64,000 nucleotides of DNA, from contig CAMYMQ010000437.1 of the NCBI GenBank assembly GCA_947259335.1, positions 12,617 through 76,616 of the forward strand. The letters are read 5' to 3'. Shown here one piece after another: positions 29,014 to 38,709 of this stretch. Within the stretch, counting starts at the first letter, position 1, and each line of letters starts with the position of its first letter. The position numbers and the translations under genes were made by a program. The notes under the pieces are model-generated. The model ran no database searches. It was not told the DNA's origin and saw only the letters and a program-made list of their open reading frames with translations. The stretch comes from an uncultured Alphaproteobacteria bacterium. Its GTDB lineage: Bacteria; Pseudomonadota; Alphaproteobacteria; Bin65.

Positions 29014-29293
29014 CGAAATCGCCGCAGGGTCCCGCGTTCACCTGCCGCGACTATAGCGGCCGCCGCCGCGAATGTCCGGTTGGTCGACGCGGCCGGTCTC
29101 AGCTCTCCGGGCTTCGCGCCGGAGGACATCGCGCGCCGGCAGGTGCGCCATGAACAACCCGGACTGTCGCTATGACCGAGCAACCTCAGGGGAGCCGGTC
29201 ACTCGCGAACGGCAAGCGGACATTTCAGATGGCGATCATTTTCGACCGCCTCCAATTGGGAGGGGACGTTTCCTCCTGCAACACTGACACGAA

Positions 29294-30349
29294 TCACTCG
29301 GCCGCTGCGGCGGTGCGCTCGGCCCGCATGAGCTTGCTCAGAATTCGTCGATAGCGGGTCGGCCCGGTGTCGATCTCCAGCAGGACCGGCTGTTCGTCCG
29401 GGGGCAGCTCGTCCATGACCCTCTGCTGGCCACGGATCATGACCTGGTCCTGGTGCTCGAAGGCATAGCGGCGCAGGTCGGCGACCTTCTCCTGGATTTC
29501 CGTATCCAGCGGCTCGCCCCACGAGATCGGATTCTGCCGCGCCGCCGCGAACAGGTAGTAGGTCGTGCGGTCGGTCTCCGGGGTCAGGAAATGCGTGCCG
29601 TAGATCCCCGTCCCCTGCGTGCGCGGCGCGCCCGGATCGGTCACGCCGGTATCGTTGATCATGCAGCCGGGCGGGTCCCAGCGCATGTCCGCCCACAGGT
29701 CGACCATCTGTTCGTTTCGCTTGTACATCATGTCGAAAAAGCCGGGGACCGGGCAGTTGGACACGAGCCGGTTGACCTTCAACTGGTCCCCCTCCTGCTC
29801 CATCGAAAGGTCGGCCTTGATCGTCTCCTCGCTGCCGAGGATGCCGACGTGGAGAAACGCGGTATGGCTCAGGTCGAGCAGGTTGTCGGTGATCAGCTCG
29901 TAGTTGGCTTCCATCAGCAGCCAGTCGCGGCGGCTGATCTGGTATCCGGAATCCTCGTCCAGCATCGAGAAATCCGGGATGAGGGACGGGTCGGCCTCTC
30001 GGTCGCCCATCCAGATCCAGATGAGGCTGTGCTTCTCCACGACCGGATAGGACCGAGTGCATGCCTGGGGCGGGATGCGGCCCGAGCCGTGGGGATTGCG
30101 CACGCAGGCGCCGGTCGCGTCGAAGACCAGGCCGTGATAGCCGCACTGCAGGCTGCCGTCGTCGCGCACCGTGCCGAGGTGCAGGGGCGCATGGCGGTGC
30201 GGGCAGACATCGCGCAGGGCGGCGACCGCACCATCGGGCTTGCGGTAGAGAACGACGGGCTCGTCCAGGAACTTCCGCGCCAGCAATTGCCGAGGCTCCA
30301 GATCCTGGGCCCACAGGGCCGCGTACCAAGTGTTTCTCAGGAATTCCAT
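29294..30349 (-). CDS. VanA-like (phthalate-family, alpha-only) Rieske non-haem iron oxygenase
   Basis: 351 aa from MEFLRNTWY. Rieske motif CPHRHAPL...CGYHGLVF and iron motif NLLDLSHTAFLH. Confidence 0.9.
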   Translation of the reverse strand: MEFLRNTWYAALWAQDLEPRQLLARKFLDEPVVLYRKPDGAVAALRDVCPHRHAPLHLGTVRDDGSLQCGYHGLVFDATGACVRNPHGSGRIPPQACTRSYPVVEKHSLIWIWMGDREADPSLIPDFSMLDEDSGYQISRRDWLLMEANYELITDNLLDLSHTAFLHVGILGSEETIKADLSMEQEGDQLKVNRLVSNCPVPGFFDMMYKRNEQMVDLWADMRWDPPGCMINDTGVTDPGAPRTQGTGIYGTHFLTPETDRTTYYLFAAARQNPISWGEPLDTEIQEKVADLRRYAFEHQDQVMIRGQQRVMDELPPDEQPVLLEIDTGPTRYRRILSKLMRAERTAAAAE

Positions 30350-30402
30350 GGCCACCTCATGCCTGTCAGGCCGATCCGTAGTGCGCCCGGCGGCGCCGCG
30401 CT

Positions 30403-30597
30403 TCAGACATTCGCCTTTGCCCGTTCGATGCAGGCCGCGATCCGATCGGCATCGCCGACCTCGTGGCACAGGATCAGGGCGAGTTTCGCGAGCAGCGTCG
30501 TCGCCCGGGCTTCGCCGACCTCGTCGATGGCAGCGGCGATCGACTGGAACGCGGCGACGATGGGAGGGGCGGTCGAGTCTTCCGGGATGTTGGTCAT
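30403..30597 (-). CDS. Small 64-aa protein, DUF2783-like, translationally coupled to the upstream monooxygenase
   Basis: MTNIPEDSTAPPIVAAFQSIAAAIDEVGEARATTLLAKLALILCHEVGDADRIAACIERAKANV. Its ATG overlaps the monooxygenase stop (ATGA). The family assignment is from memory of the usual FAD-monooxygenase pairing. Confidence 0.6.
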   Translation of the reverse strand: MTNIPEDSTAPPIVAAFQSIAAAIDEVGEARATTLLAKLALILCHEVGDADRIAACIERAKANV

Positions 30598-32297
30598 GCC
30601 GCCGCTCCACTGCAGTGCGCTCTTGCGCCCAAGGCCTCCAGGGCGCAGCCGATATCGGCCAGGTCCACCGCCGGCCAGCGGCCCAGGACGTACAGGTCGG
30701 GCCGCACCAAGTAAAACCCTGCCGTCTCCACGCCGAACGCCGAGAAGGCCTCGCCCATAGGGTCCACGACAGTCTGCCATGAACCCGCCGCGGCATCCGA
30801 GTCGCGCGCGACGACGATCCCCTTGAAGGGGAGATCCGCCTCGTCGAAGAGTTTCGCAATGGCGGCAGCGTCGCCGGGCGGCTCGCCGTCGGGCTGGAAC
30901 AGGAGGCCGATCAGGCCAGGTTCGCAAAGGTCGAGCAGGAACGCCTCCCGGCCCGACTGCCGCACCCGTGCGTCGGGAACGGGCGATCCGGGCGCCGGGC
31001 CACGGTCCGAGGGCCAGGGCTGCCTCGAAAGCCACGCCAGAGTGCCGTCGTTGCTCTCGACCCGGCGCGCCTTGTAGGCGTCGAACAGGACGCTCACGAA
31101 GTCTTCCGTCAGGGCGAGCGACAGGACGGCGTCGCGCATGAGGGCGACGCCCGGGGACGGCCGCGTCATGAAGATGGTGCTTTGAGCGAGGTCCTTGAGC
31201 GCCTCGACAACGATGCCGCGCCGCTCGGGGGAATAGGTGTCGAGGAGGTCCGGGGCCGCCGTGCCGTTGAGAACGAGCGCCAGCTTCCAGGAGAGATTGA
31301 AGCAGTCCGCATAGCCCAGGTTCAATCCGCGCCCGCCGAAGATCGGCGTCTGGTGCGCCGCGTCCCCGGCGAAGAAGATCCGGCCGGATCGGTAACCCGG
31401 CAGGGTCCGCGCCCGCGCACGGTAGGTCGTCGTCCAGACAAGGTCCCACCGCGCATCGATCCCCATCATGGCGAGATGGTCGCCGATGCGCCGGGTTGCC
31501 TGCTCGGGGGTGGCCTCCCGCTCGGCGTCCTGGCCATCCTCGACCGCATAGTCGAGCCGCCAGATGTCGAAGGGCTGGCTGTGCATGATGACGATGGAGC
31601 CCGGGCGCGTCGGCGGGCTGAGCCACAGCCGCCGGCCCGGCGTCAGGTCGCACCGCATCCGGAAATCGTTGATGATGAACCGGCGTTCCGACAGGTCGAC
31701 GTCGAGCGGCGTCTCGTATTCCAGGCCGAGGCCACGGCGCACGATGCCGCGCGCACCATCCGCCGCGACGAGATAGGAGGCGCGCAGCCGATACGGTCCC
31801 TCCGGTGTCTCCACCGTCACCGCGATTCCGTCGCCGCGATCCTCGACAGACGTGACCGCGGTCTGCCACCGGACATCGACCAGCCCGCTCGCCAGGCCTC
31901 CGTCGTGCAGCAGCTTCTCCATCCAGCATTGCTGGAGGCAGACCAGCAGCGGGTGCTTTTCCGACGCCGGCTGGTCGTACGCCATCTCGTAGACCGGCTG
32001 CGTGCCGGAATAGACGATGTTGCACTCGCGCTTCAACGCCTTGTCGCGGAAGGCGTCGCCGATGCCCAGCCAGTCCATGAACTGGGTCGACCGCCGATGG
32101 ACGCCGACGGCGCGGCTGCCGTCGGAGAACCGGTCGCGGGCCTCGAGCACCACGGAGGGAACGCCGAAGCGGGCCAGAGCCAGAGACATGGCGAGACCGA
32201 CCGGCCCGGCGCCCACGATGACGACGGGGTGCACGGCGCCTTTCCCCTCCATTTCAGAGGGGCGCCGAAACGGCTGAATCTGCCAATCGAAGTACAT
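30594..32297 (-). CDS. FAD-dependent aromatic hydroxylase (PheA/TfdB / MhpA-like, with C-terminal thioredoxin-like domain)
   Basis: About 567 aa. VVIVGAGPVGLAMSLALARFGV dinucleotide fold and GRIFFAGDAAHQTPIFGGRGLNLG motif. ATG 32297 with AGGAG 6 nt upstream is preferred over TTG 32342. Confidence 0.9.
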   Translation of the reverse strand: MYFDWQIQPFRRPSEMEGKGAVHPVVIVGAGPVGLAMSLALARFGVPSVVLEARDRFSDGSRAVGVHRRSTQFMDWLGIGDAFRDKALKRECNIVYSGTQPVYEMAYDQPASEKHPLLVCLQQCWMEKLLHDGGLASGLVDVRWQTAVTSVEDRGDGIAVTVETPEGPYRLRASYLVAADGARGIVRRGLGLEYETPLDVDLSERRFIINDFRMRCDLTPGRRLWLSPPTRPGSIVIMHSQPFDIWRLDYAVEDGQDAEREATPEQATRRIGDHLAMMGIDARWDLVWTTTYRARARTLPGYRSGRIFFAGDAAHQTPIFGGRGLNLGYADCFNLSWKLALVLNGTAAPDLLDTYSPERRGIVVEALKDLAQSTIFMTRPSPGVALMRDAVLSLALTEDFVSVLFDAYKARRVESNDGTLAWLSRQPWPSDRGPAPGSPVPDARVRQSGREAFLLDLCEPGLIGLLFQPDGEPPGDAAAIAKLFDEADLPFKGIVVARDSDAAAGSWQTVVDPMGEAFSAFGVETAGFYLVRPDLYVLGRWPAVDLADIGCALEALGARAHCSGAAA

Positions 32298-32355
32298 CGA
32301 CGCTCCTGGCTCGCGGGGGGCCCGCCGCTGGAAATATGACAAAGTTCGGGAAGCG

Positions 32356-32378
32356 CCAAAGTCGCTTGAACAAGCGAC
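32356..32378 (-). terminator. Intrinsic-terminator-like hairpin downstream of the LuxR gene
   Basis: The reverse strand reads GTCGCTTG-TT-CAAGCGAC followed by TTTGG. The 8-bp arms are perfect but the U tract is short. Confidence 0.4.
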
Positions 32379-32387
32379 AAGCTGCCG

Positions 32388-33245
32388 TCAGCCGGCCTCC
32401 CGGGCGGCCGGCACGGACGTCGCCTCCCGCTGCCGCAGGAGCAATCTGAACACCTCGTTCTGGGAGGTTACGCCCAACTTGGAATAGGCCCGCCGGCGAT
32501 ATGTCGCGACCGAATGAAAGGAAACGCCGAGATCGAGGGCGATGGCCTCGTTGGAATAGCCCTTCACGATACGGGCACACACCGCGGCCTCGCGCACCGA
32601 CAACGGCTTGTCGACCTTCAGGGTGAGAAACGTCTCGACGAAGGAGGCGAGATCGTCGGGTCTCCGGGCCGAGATGAGCGAATAGTGCCGCTGCACGGCC
32701 GCCGCGATCAGGGCGTGGCTTTGGCCCAACCACTGGGCCTCTTCGTCGCCGAACACGCCGTGCGCCTCCTCCTTGTACAGCGAGATCGAGAGCGCGAACT
32801 CCCGCTCGCGGACAAGGATCGACAGCTTCGAGGAAATGCCCGGGCGCGTGAACAGCCGTTCCCGGTACTCGGTGTCCCGAACCTGCGGCGCGGACACGGC
32901 GCGAACGTTCACCGACCGGATCGGGGACGGCAAGAGCTGCCGCCGAAAGGGATCCTGCGGGTGGAAGCGGCGAACGTATTCGTCGACGAGGCTGTGAAGC
33001 TGTCGACCGTGGCGCCGGTCGCACTCGAGCGCCAGTGGTTCGACCGGCGCTCCCGGCTTGAAACGATGAATCACCATCTGGCGGATCGCCAGGCTCCTCT
33101 GCATCGCTTCGAACAGCGATTGGGAGAAACGGTCCGTGCCGATCGCCAAAATGACCCCGTCCATTTTCGGGGGAGCCAAGCCTGCGCACTGGGGCACCGC
33201 ACCACGTCCCGGGTGCTCGATCGCCCGCTCCAACGTTCCCTCCAT
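32388..33245 (-). CDS. LuxR-family transcriptional regulator (LuxR solo-like)
   Basis: C-terminal GerE/LuxR HTH LSVREAAVCARIVKGYSNEAIALDLGVSFHSVATYRRRAYSKLGV. Start is ATG 33245 or ATG 33164. Confidence 0.8.
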   Translation of the reverse strand: MEGTLERAIEHPGRGAVPQCAGLAPPKMDGVILAIGTDRFSQSLFEAMQRSLAIRQMVIHRFKPGAPVEPLALECDRRHGRQLHSLVDEYVRRFHPQDPFRRQLLPSPIRSVNVRAVSAPQVRDTEYRERLFTRPGISSKLSILVREREFALSISLYKEEAHGVFGDEEAQWLGQSHALIAAAVQRHYSLISARRPDDLASFVETFLTLKVDKPLSVREAAVCARIVKGYSNEAIALDLGVSFHSVATYRRRAYSKLGVTSQNEVFRLLLRQREATSVPAAREAG

Positions 33246-33394
33246 GGTGCGCAGGCTTGCCTTGCAGCCTGCTGTTGCCACTCGTTGGCAGTCATTCCCG
33301 CACACGCATAGTACAGTGTCAATCGGCGCACCGAGCGGAAGGAGCGGCAGGAATGGCGGCGCCCGGGGCGGCCCGCCCCGAACTCCGGCGCGGT

Positions 33395-34429
33395 CTATCT
33401 CTTGCCGCCCACCACGGCGCCGAACGCGTCGTCCTTTACCGCTCTCGGCGCGTAGCAAGCGTCGAGGATTTCGAGCTCTGCTACCGTGAGCTCCAGTTCG
33501 ACCGATGCCACCGCATCGTCGAGGTGCCCCGCCTCGAGCGGTCCGCAGATCACCGACGACATGAATCCGTGCGCCAGGACCCAGGCATAGGCGACGCGCG
33601 ACGGCGGCACTCCCCGGGCGGCGGCGACAGAGCAGAGGACGGAGAGTGCTTCGTTGTCCGCGGCGGTGCCGTAGAGGGCATGGGCCTTCGCGTCGTCCGC
33701 CGCGCGCTTGCGTTCCCGCTCGGTGAGCGACGCGCCGTCGCGCCGGTTGCCCGCCAGCCAACCCCGCGCCAGGGGACTGTATCCGATGCAGCCGATCCCT
33801 TCCGCGGCGCAGAGCGGGATCAGGTCGCGCGCATCCTCGCGGTACACCAGGTTGTATTGAACCTGGACGCCGGCGAATTCCAGACCGGCCCGGAACCGCC
33901 CGTCATAGACCGCCTTCGCGAACTGCCAGGCGGCATAGTTGGTGGCGCCGACATACAGAACCTTCCCGGCCCGGACCAGGTCCTTCAGGGCATCGATGGT
34001 TTCCTCGATTGGCGTGTTCGGGTCGGCCCGGTGGAGCTGGTACAGGTCGATGTAGTCGGTGCCGAGGCGCTTCAGTGACCCGTCAACCGACTGGAAGATA
34101 TGCTTTCGAGACAGGCCGCCGTCGTTCGGCGCCGGCCCGCCTCCGCCGGCGGAGGACATCGGCAGGCCGACCTTGCTGGCAAGGACCACCTGTCGCCGGT
34201 CGGTCAACTTGGCCACGGCGGCGCCAAGCGCCTCCTCGCTGGCGCCCAGGGAATAGAAATCCGCGGTATCGAAGAAATTGATGCCGTGATCGAGCGCCGA
34301 TCGAACGAAGCCCTCGGCCTCCGTTCCCGGCAGGACCCATGGCTGCCACTTCGCGCTGCCGAAGGACATCATGCCGAGGCAGATGGAGGACACTTCCAGC
34401 CCCGATTTCCCCAGCCGCGCGTATCTCAC
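33395..34429 (-). CDS. Aldo/keto reductase
   Basis: 344 aa. MRYARLGKSGLEVSSICLGMMSFG...INFFDTADFYSLGASEE is typical of the AKR family. GTG start. Confidence 0.9.
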   Translation of the reverse strand: MRYARLGKSGLEVSSICLGMMSFGSAKWQPWVLPGTEAEGFVRSALDHGINFFDTADFYSLGASEEALGAAVAKLTDRRQVVLASKVGLPMSSAGGGGPAPNDGGLSRKHIFQSVDGSLKRLGTDYIDLYQLHRADPNTPIEETIDALKDLVRAGKVLYVGATNYAAWQFAKAVYDGRFRAGLEFAGVQVQYNLVYREDARDLIPLCAAEGIGCIGYSPLARGWLAGNRRDGASLTERERKRAADDAKAHALYGTAADNEALSVLCSVAAARGVPPSRVAYAWVLAHGFMSSVICGPLEAGHLDDAVASVELELTVAELEILDACYAPRAVKDDAFGAVVGGKR

Positions 34430-34804
34430 GAACTCAACCTCGTCAGCGTCGATCCTGTGGCGTTCTTACCATGGTGCGGAATTCGCTTCTGTCACCCCGG
34501 AGGGCGACACGGAATTCGATTGTCGCTACCCGCCTCCAATATGCTGAGTTAGTGCTTCAAGTCCGAACGTGGGTGAGCGCGAAGACGCCGATCCGGTGCT
34601 CGCGGGTTTCCCGCCAGAGTTCGGGCCAAATGGAATCACACGCTGTCGTCGGACGGTGCCGGGACTTGTCCGCACCGGATCGCAAGCCACCCAGCCTGGT
34701 TTGACAGCCCCCGCCGATCATCCGCGTCGGCCCGCAGGCAGCGTTCGACGGAAACCGATCAGCGCTTCCTCAGTCACGTCACGACGACTGCTGGGGTCAT
34801 TGGA

Positions 34805-35521
34805 TCACCGCCCTCTGAAAATCATTGGCAATTTGAGAGCCGATGGATACGCGGCGGAGTGATGGATCGCGTCCGACCCCTGCTTATAGGGCAGGTACTG
34901 GTGGGTAAAATACGAATCCGTCAGCCGGGAATCGCCATTGACGATTTCCAATCGGATTCGGTGACCCTTGGGAAACACATAAGAGGTCGGGTGCACCTCG
35001 ATCTGGAATTCGTAGACTTCGCCAGGCTCCAGAGGTTCGGGATCGGTGTTGGCCGGCACTGGCCGAAAGTCGGACGCGAAGCGGTCGTCGATCCTGCGGT
35101 GCGACGCCTTGAGCCAGCCCTTGGTGACATTGGCGAAACGCGGTTGCCGTCCTTCGGCCAGCGCCTCCTCCGCGGCCGGCCACTGGTCGCTGAGCTTTAC
35201 GAAGAAGTCGGTGTCGGTCTGGTCCGATGAAGCGAAGAGAGTAAGGACGATCGGCCCGGTGACCTCGGCGTCTTCTTCCAGTGGTTCGGAGGTGAACGTC
35301 AGAACGCCCTTGGTGAAATCCGGGCCGAACGGTCCCTCGCACACGACACCGAACTTCCAGTCGGGATGCGCGCGGATTGGAACTGGTATGGACGCCGGCA
35401 CAGCTCCGGCATTTCGCTTCCAGAATATCTCGGCAGAACGGGAGCCATTCGAACCCGTCGTGGCGCCGGGTTCGTTATCCCCCTGATTTCTCCCGGCTAA
35501 ACGTCCGAACCGGATTTGCAT
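34805..35521 (-). pseudogene. 5'-truncated remnant of a CocE/NonD-family hydrolase (only the C-terminal PepX_C-like jelly-roll domain)
   Basis: VLTFTSEPLEEDAEVTGPIVLTLFASSDQTDTDFFVKLSD...GWLKASHRR...GHRIRLEIVNGDS matches the C-terminal domain. No alpha/beta-hydrolase part appears in any frame upstream. Confidence 0.55.
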
Positions 35522-35959
35522 CGGTGCGGTTCAAATGGGGTGTCCGGTTCTCTGTTGGCGCTGAGAGCTCGAAATGCGGCCGAATCGAAATTCAGCGCGG
35601 TTCGGACATGATGCGCTATGGGGCAGATTTCGTTGCGAGCTTCTGCACGATCGTCGAGGACCGGAAAGGACGCTCGATCGAGACGATGGCGGTGGACGCA
35701 GTCTCGGGCGAACCCGTCTCCGTCCGATTTCCCTGGTAGACACGGAAGGACCAGGGAAGTTCGTCAAGTTGGGGCTCAAATTCGCCCAAAGGGCCGCTGA
35801 AAGGTGCAGTATTGAACCGCGCCCCCTGATTTCGACCGTCCAACAAGCGAACCGGAGGCTCCGAACATGTTTCAAATTGAACCAATATCGTGCACTACTT
35901 GACACGACTTGAGGGCTGCCTGATGTTTGATGATTGTTGGCCGAAACCAGAATGTGTCG

Positions 35960-36562
35960 ATGAAACGAAAAGACCGTTTCAACCGTGACGAGCTGAAAGC
36001 GGTTGGCCGCCGGCTGAGGCTTCTGCGCATCGCGCGGGGCTGGTCGCTCAAGAAGCTTTCCGACGTGTCCGATGTCAGCATCGCCGCCATTCGCAAGGTC
36101 GAACTGGGCGAATCGAATCCCGGCCTGCTGACCATTCTTGCACTGGTCGAAGCACTGGACGAACCGGTCGACCGCCTTATTAGCAAAGCGCTCCAGAGCG
36201 GCAGCAAGGTTCAGGTTGTACGTGCCAGCGACAAGGATCTGGGACGTGCCGACAGTCCGCTGTCCAGCTCCTTGGAAGAGCGGAAGATGACCGGCCGGTT
36301 GGTTTCTCTCGAGGCGGACGAGCCCCTTCGCGTGGCGCCCGCGACCGGCACATCGCCCCTGTTCGGTTATGTGCTCGAAGGCTCGGTTTTGCTGTCGGAG
36401 CATGGGGGGGCCGAACGCACCTGTTCGCGAAACGACGCCTTCCACATATTCGACCCCTCACGAGATGCCGTGCGCGGCGCGAAAACGGGAGCGAAACTCG
36501 TGGTCGCCGAACAGGACCCCGGCACTCCCAAATCCTCGCCTCCCTCCAACCTTCCAAGCTGA
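35960..36562 (+). CDS. XRE-family HTH regulator with C-terminal cupin domain (copy 1)
   Basis: VGRRLRLLRIARGWSLKKLSDVSDVSIAAIRKVELGESNP HTH followed by a cupin-like C-terminus. Start uncertain (35927/35930/35960). Confidence 0.85.
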   Translation: MKRKDRFNRDELKAVGRRLRLLRIARGWSLKKLSDVSDVSIAAIRKVELGESNPGLLTILALVEALDEPVDRLISKALQSGSKVQVVRASDKDLGRADSPLSSSLEERKMTGRLVSLEADEPLRVAPATGTSPLFGYVLEGSVLLSEHGGAERTCSRNDAFHIFDPSRDAVRGAKTGAKLVVAEQDPGTPKSSPPSNLPS

Positions 36563-36576
36563 CGAGTACGCGCTGC

Positions 36577-38700
36577 ATGACCAAGTCCGGTGAATACAAA
36601 AAGTACATCGTCGCGACCGATGTCGGTGGCACCTGCACCGATACGATCGTCGTTGCAGAGGGCGAGCCGTTCTACATCGGCAAGGCCCTTTCTACGCCAC
36701 CCAACTTTGCCAACGGCGTGCTCGATTCCATCGCGACCGCGGCCGACCAGATGGACCTGTCCCTCGAGGAACTGTTCGCTCAATCCTATCTCTTCGTCCA
36801 CGGCTCGACCGTCGTCGACAACACGCTGCTTACTCGGGAAGGCTCACCGACCGGACTGATCACAACGGCGGGTTTCGAGGATACGCTGCTGGTCACTCGC
36901 GGCGCCTACGGACGCTGGTCGGGTCAGCCAGAAGAGCGGATCAAGCACCCCGTCGCCTCCGAGCGCCCGGCACCACTGATCGATCCCGACGCTATCAGGG
37001 GAGTCCGCGAGCGGTCCGACTACAAGGGTGAAGTGCTGTTGTCGCTGGACCAAGCCGAGACAGAACGCGCGGTTCGGGCCTTGGTCGACGGAAAGAAGGT
37101 CGAGGCGATCGCCATTGCCTTTCTGTGGTCCTTTTACAACGACGAGAACGAGCGAGCCGCCCGCGCCATCGTCAAGCGTGTGGCGCCCGATGTCTATGTA
37201 ACCCTGTCGAGCGAAATCGCTCCTGTGCCCGGCGAGTATGAACGAACGTCGACGGCGGTCATCAACGCCTATGCGGGAAAGATCACGAACGCCTACATCA
37301 CCAGCCTCAAGGACCTGCTAGGCCAGCGCGGATACGACGGACCGCTGATGGTAATGCAAGGCTATGGCGGACTGCTGCCGTCAGACGAAGCTGCGCAGCG
37401 TGCCGTCGGCATGATCGAATGCGGACCTGCGGCCGGCGTCATCGGAGCAAAGGCGCTCGGAGATCTGATGGAGGATCGCGACGTTATTGCCGCCGACATG
37501 GGGGGGACCACGTTCAAGGTCGGCGTGATTCAGGGCGGCGAGATTGAATATGCCCGTGAGCCGCTGGTGGATCGTTTCCATTACCTCGCTCCGAAGATCG
37601 AGGTCGTATCCATCGGCGCCGGCGGCGGCAGCATCATCTCCATCGACCCGCGCACGAACGTGCCGAAAGTCGGCCCGCGCAGTGCGGGAGCCGACCCTGG
37701 GCCGGTCTGTTATGGTCGCGGGGGCAAGGAGGTAACGCTCACCGACGTTTTCACCCTCACTGGCTACATGGATCCCTCCATGTTCCTTGGCGGCTCGATG
37801 ACACTCGACATCGCCGGCGCGCGCAAGGCATTCGAGGAACAGATCGCCGGCCCGCTCGGGCTGGCCGTGGAAGAGGCGGCGTTTGGTATCTTCAGGATAG
37901 CGGCGGCACAGATCACCGATTTGATCCACGAGATCACGGTCGAACGAGGACTTGATCCGCGCGACTTCGTCCTCCACGCCTTCGGTGGCTCCTGCCCGAT
38001 CCTCGCGTCGAGCTTTGCAGAAGAACTCAACGTCAAACGTATCATCGTACCGTACACGGCATCGGTGAACTGCGCATTCGGCCTCGTCTCAGCGGACATA
38101 GCGCACGAGTATAGCGTGGCCAAGACGCTACCCGCCGACACCGAGGCGGCCGCGATCAACGCGCTGTATGAACCCATCGTCGAAAAGGCCATCCAGCAGC
38201 TGGCGTCCGAAGGCTTTGGTGAGGAGGAGATCGAACTCGACTGGTCCGTCGATCTTCGGTACGCCCGCCAGGTCCACGAGGTGACGACGCCCGTCCGGGG
38301 CAAGACCCCTATGGACACGGAATCCTTGGGCGCGCTGATCGACGATTTCGAGGCGCTTTACGAGCGGAAATACGGCAAGGGCTCAGCCTATCGAGAGGCC
38401 GGCATCGAAATGACGTTGTTCCGCCTGACGGCAAGTGGAAGACTGAAGCGGCCGGAGATCGAGCCACTTCCGCTCGAGGGGGCTGGTTCCGACCATGCCA
38501 AGGTCGGACGGCGCGAGATCTTCGTGGATGCACGGGACGGCATGGCGGAAGCAGACATCTACGACTTCACCAAGATCCGGCCTGGCAACGCAATCACGGG
38601 ACCGGCGGTGATCCACACGCCGATCACCACGATCGTCGTCCAGGACAAGCAGGCCGCACACATGGATGCGCTGCGCAACATCGTCATCGACTTCAGCTGA
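36577..38700 (+). CDS. Hydantoinase A / oxoprolinase family protein (HyuA; acetone-carboxylase-beta-like)
   Basis: 707 aa. N-terminal ASKHA-fold IVATDVGGTCTDTIVV and AADMGGTTFKV motifs. Confidence 0.9.
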   Translation: MTKSGEYKKYIVATDVGGTCTDTIVVAEGEPFYIGKALSTPPNFANGVLDSIATAADQMDLSLEELFAQSYLFVHGSTVVDNTLLTREGSPTGLITTAGFEDTLLVTRGAYGRWSGQPEERIKHPVASERPAPLIDPDAIRGVRERSDYKGEVLLSLDQAETERAVRALVDGKKVEAIAIAFLWSFYNDENERAARAIVKRVAPDVYVTLSSEIAPVPGEYERTSTAVINAYAGKITNAYITSLKDLLGQRGYDGPLMVMQGYGGLLPSDEAAQRAVGMIECGPAAGVIGAKALGDLMEDRDVIAADMGGTTFKVGVIQGGEIEYAREPLVDRFHYLAPKIEVVSIGAGGGSIISIDPRTNVPKVGPRSAGADPGPVCYGRGGKEVTLTDVFTLTGYMDPSMFLGGSMTLDIAGARKAFEEQIAGPLGLAVEEAAFGIFRIAAAQITDLIHEITVERGLDPRDFVLHAFGGSCPILASSFAEELNVKRIIVPYTASVNCAFGLVSADIAHEYSVAKTLPADTEAAAINALYEPIVEKAIQQLASEGFGEEEIELDWSVDLRYARQVHEVTTPVRGKTPMDTESLGALIDDFEALYERKYGKGSAYREAGIEMTLFRLTASGRLKRPEIEPLPLEGAGSDHAKVGRREIFVDARDGMAEADIYDFTKIRPGNAITGPAVIHTPITTIVVQDKQAAHMDALRNIVIDFS

Positions 38701-38709
38701 GGCATCGCC

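Noticed and set aside
29230-29275. Alternative GGAGG / CCTCC / GGAGG pairing segments downstream of the VanA-like gene (minus strand), resembling a terminator/antiterminator pair
   Set aside because: The stems are only 5 bp with no U tract, and the spacer simply precedes the HxlR promoter region. This is too weak to call.
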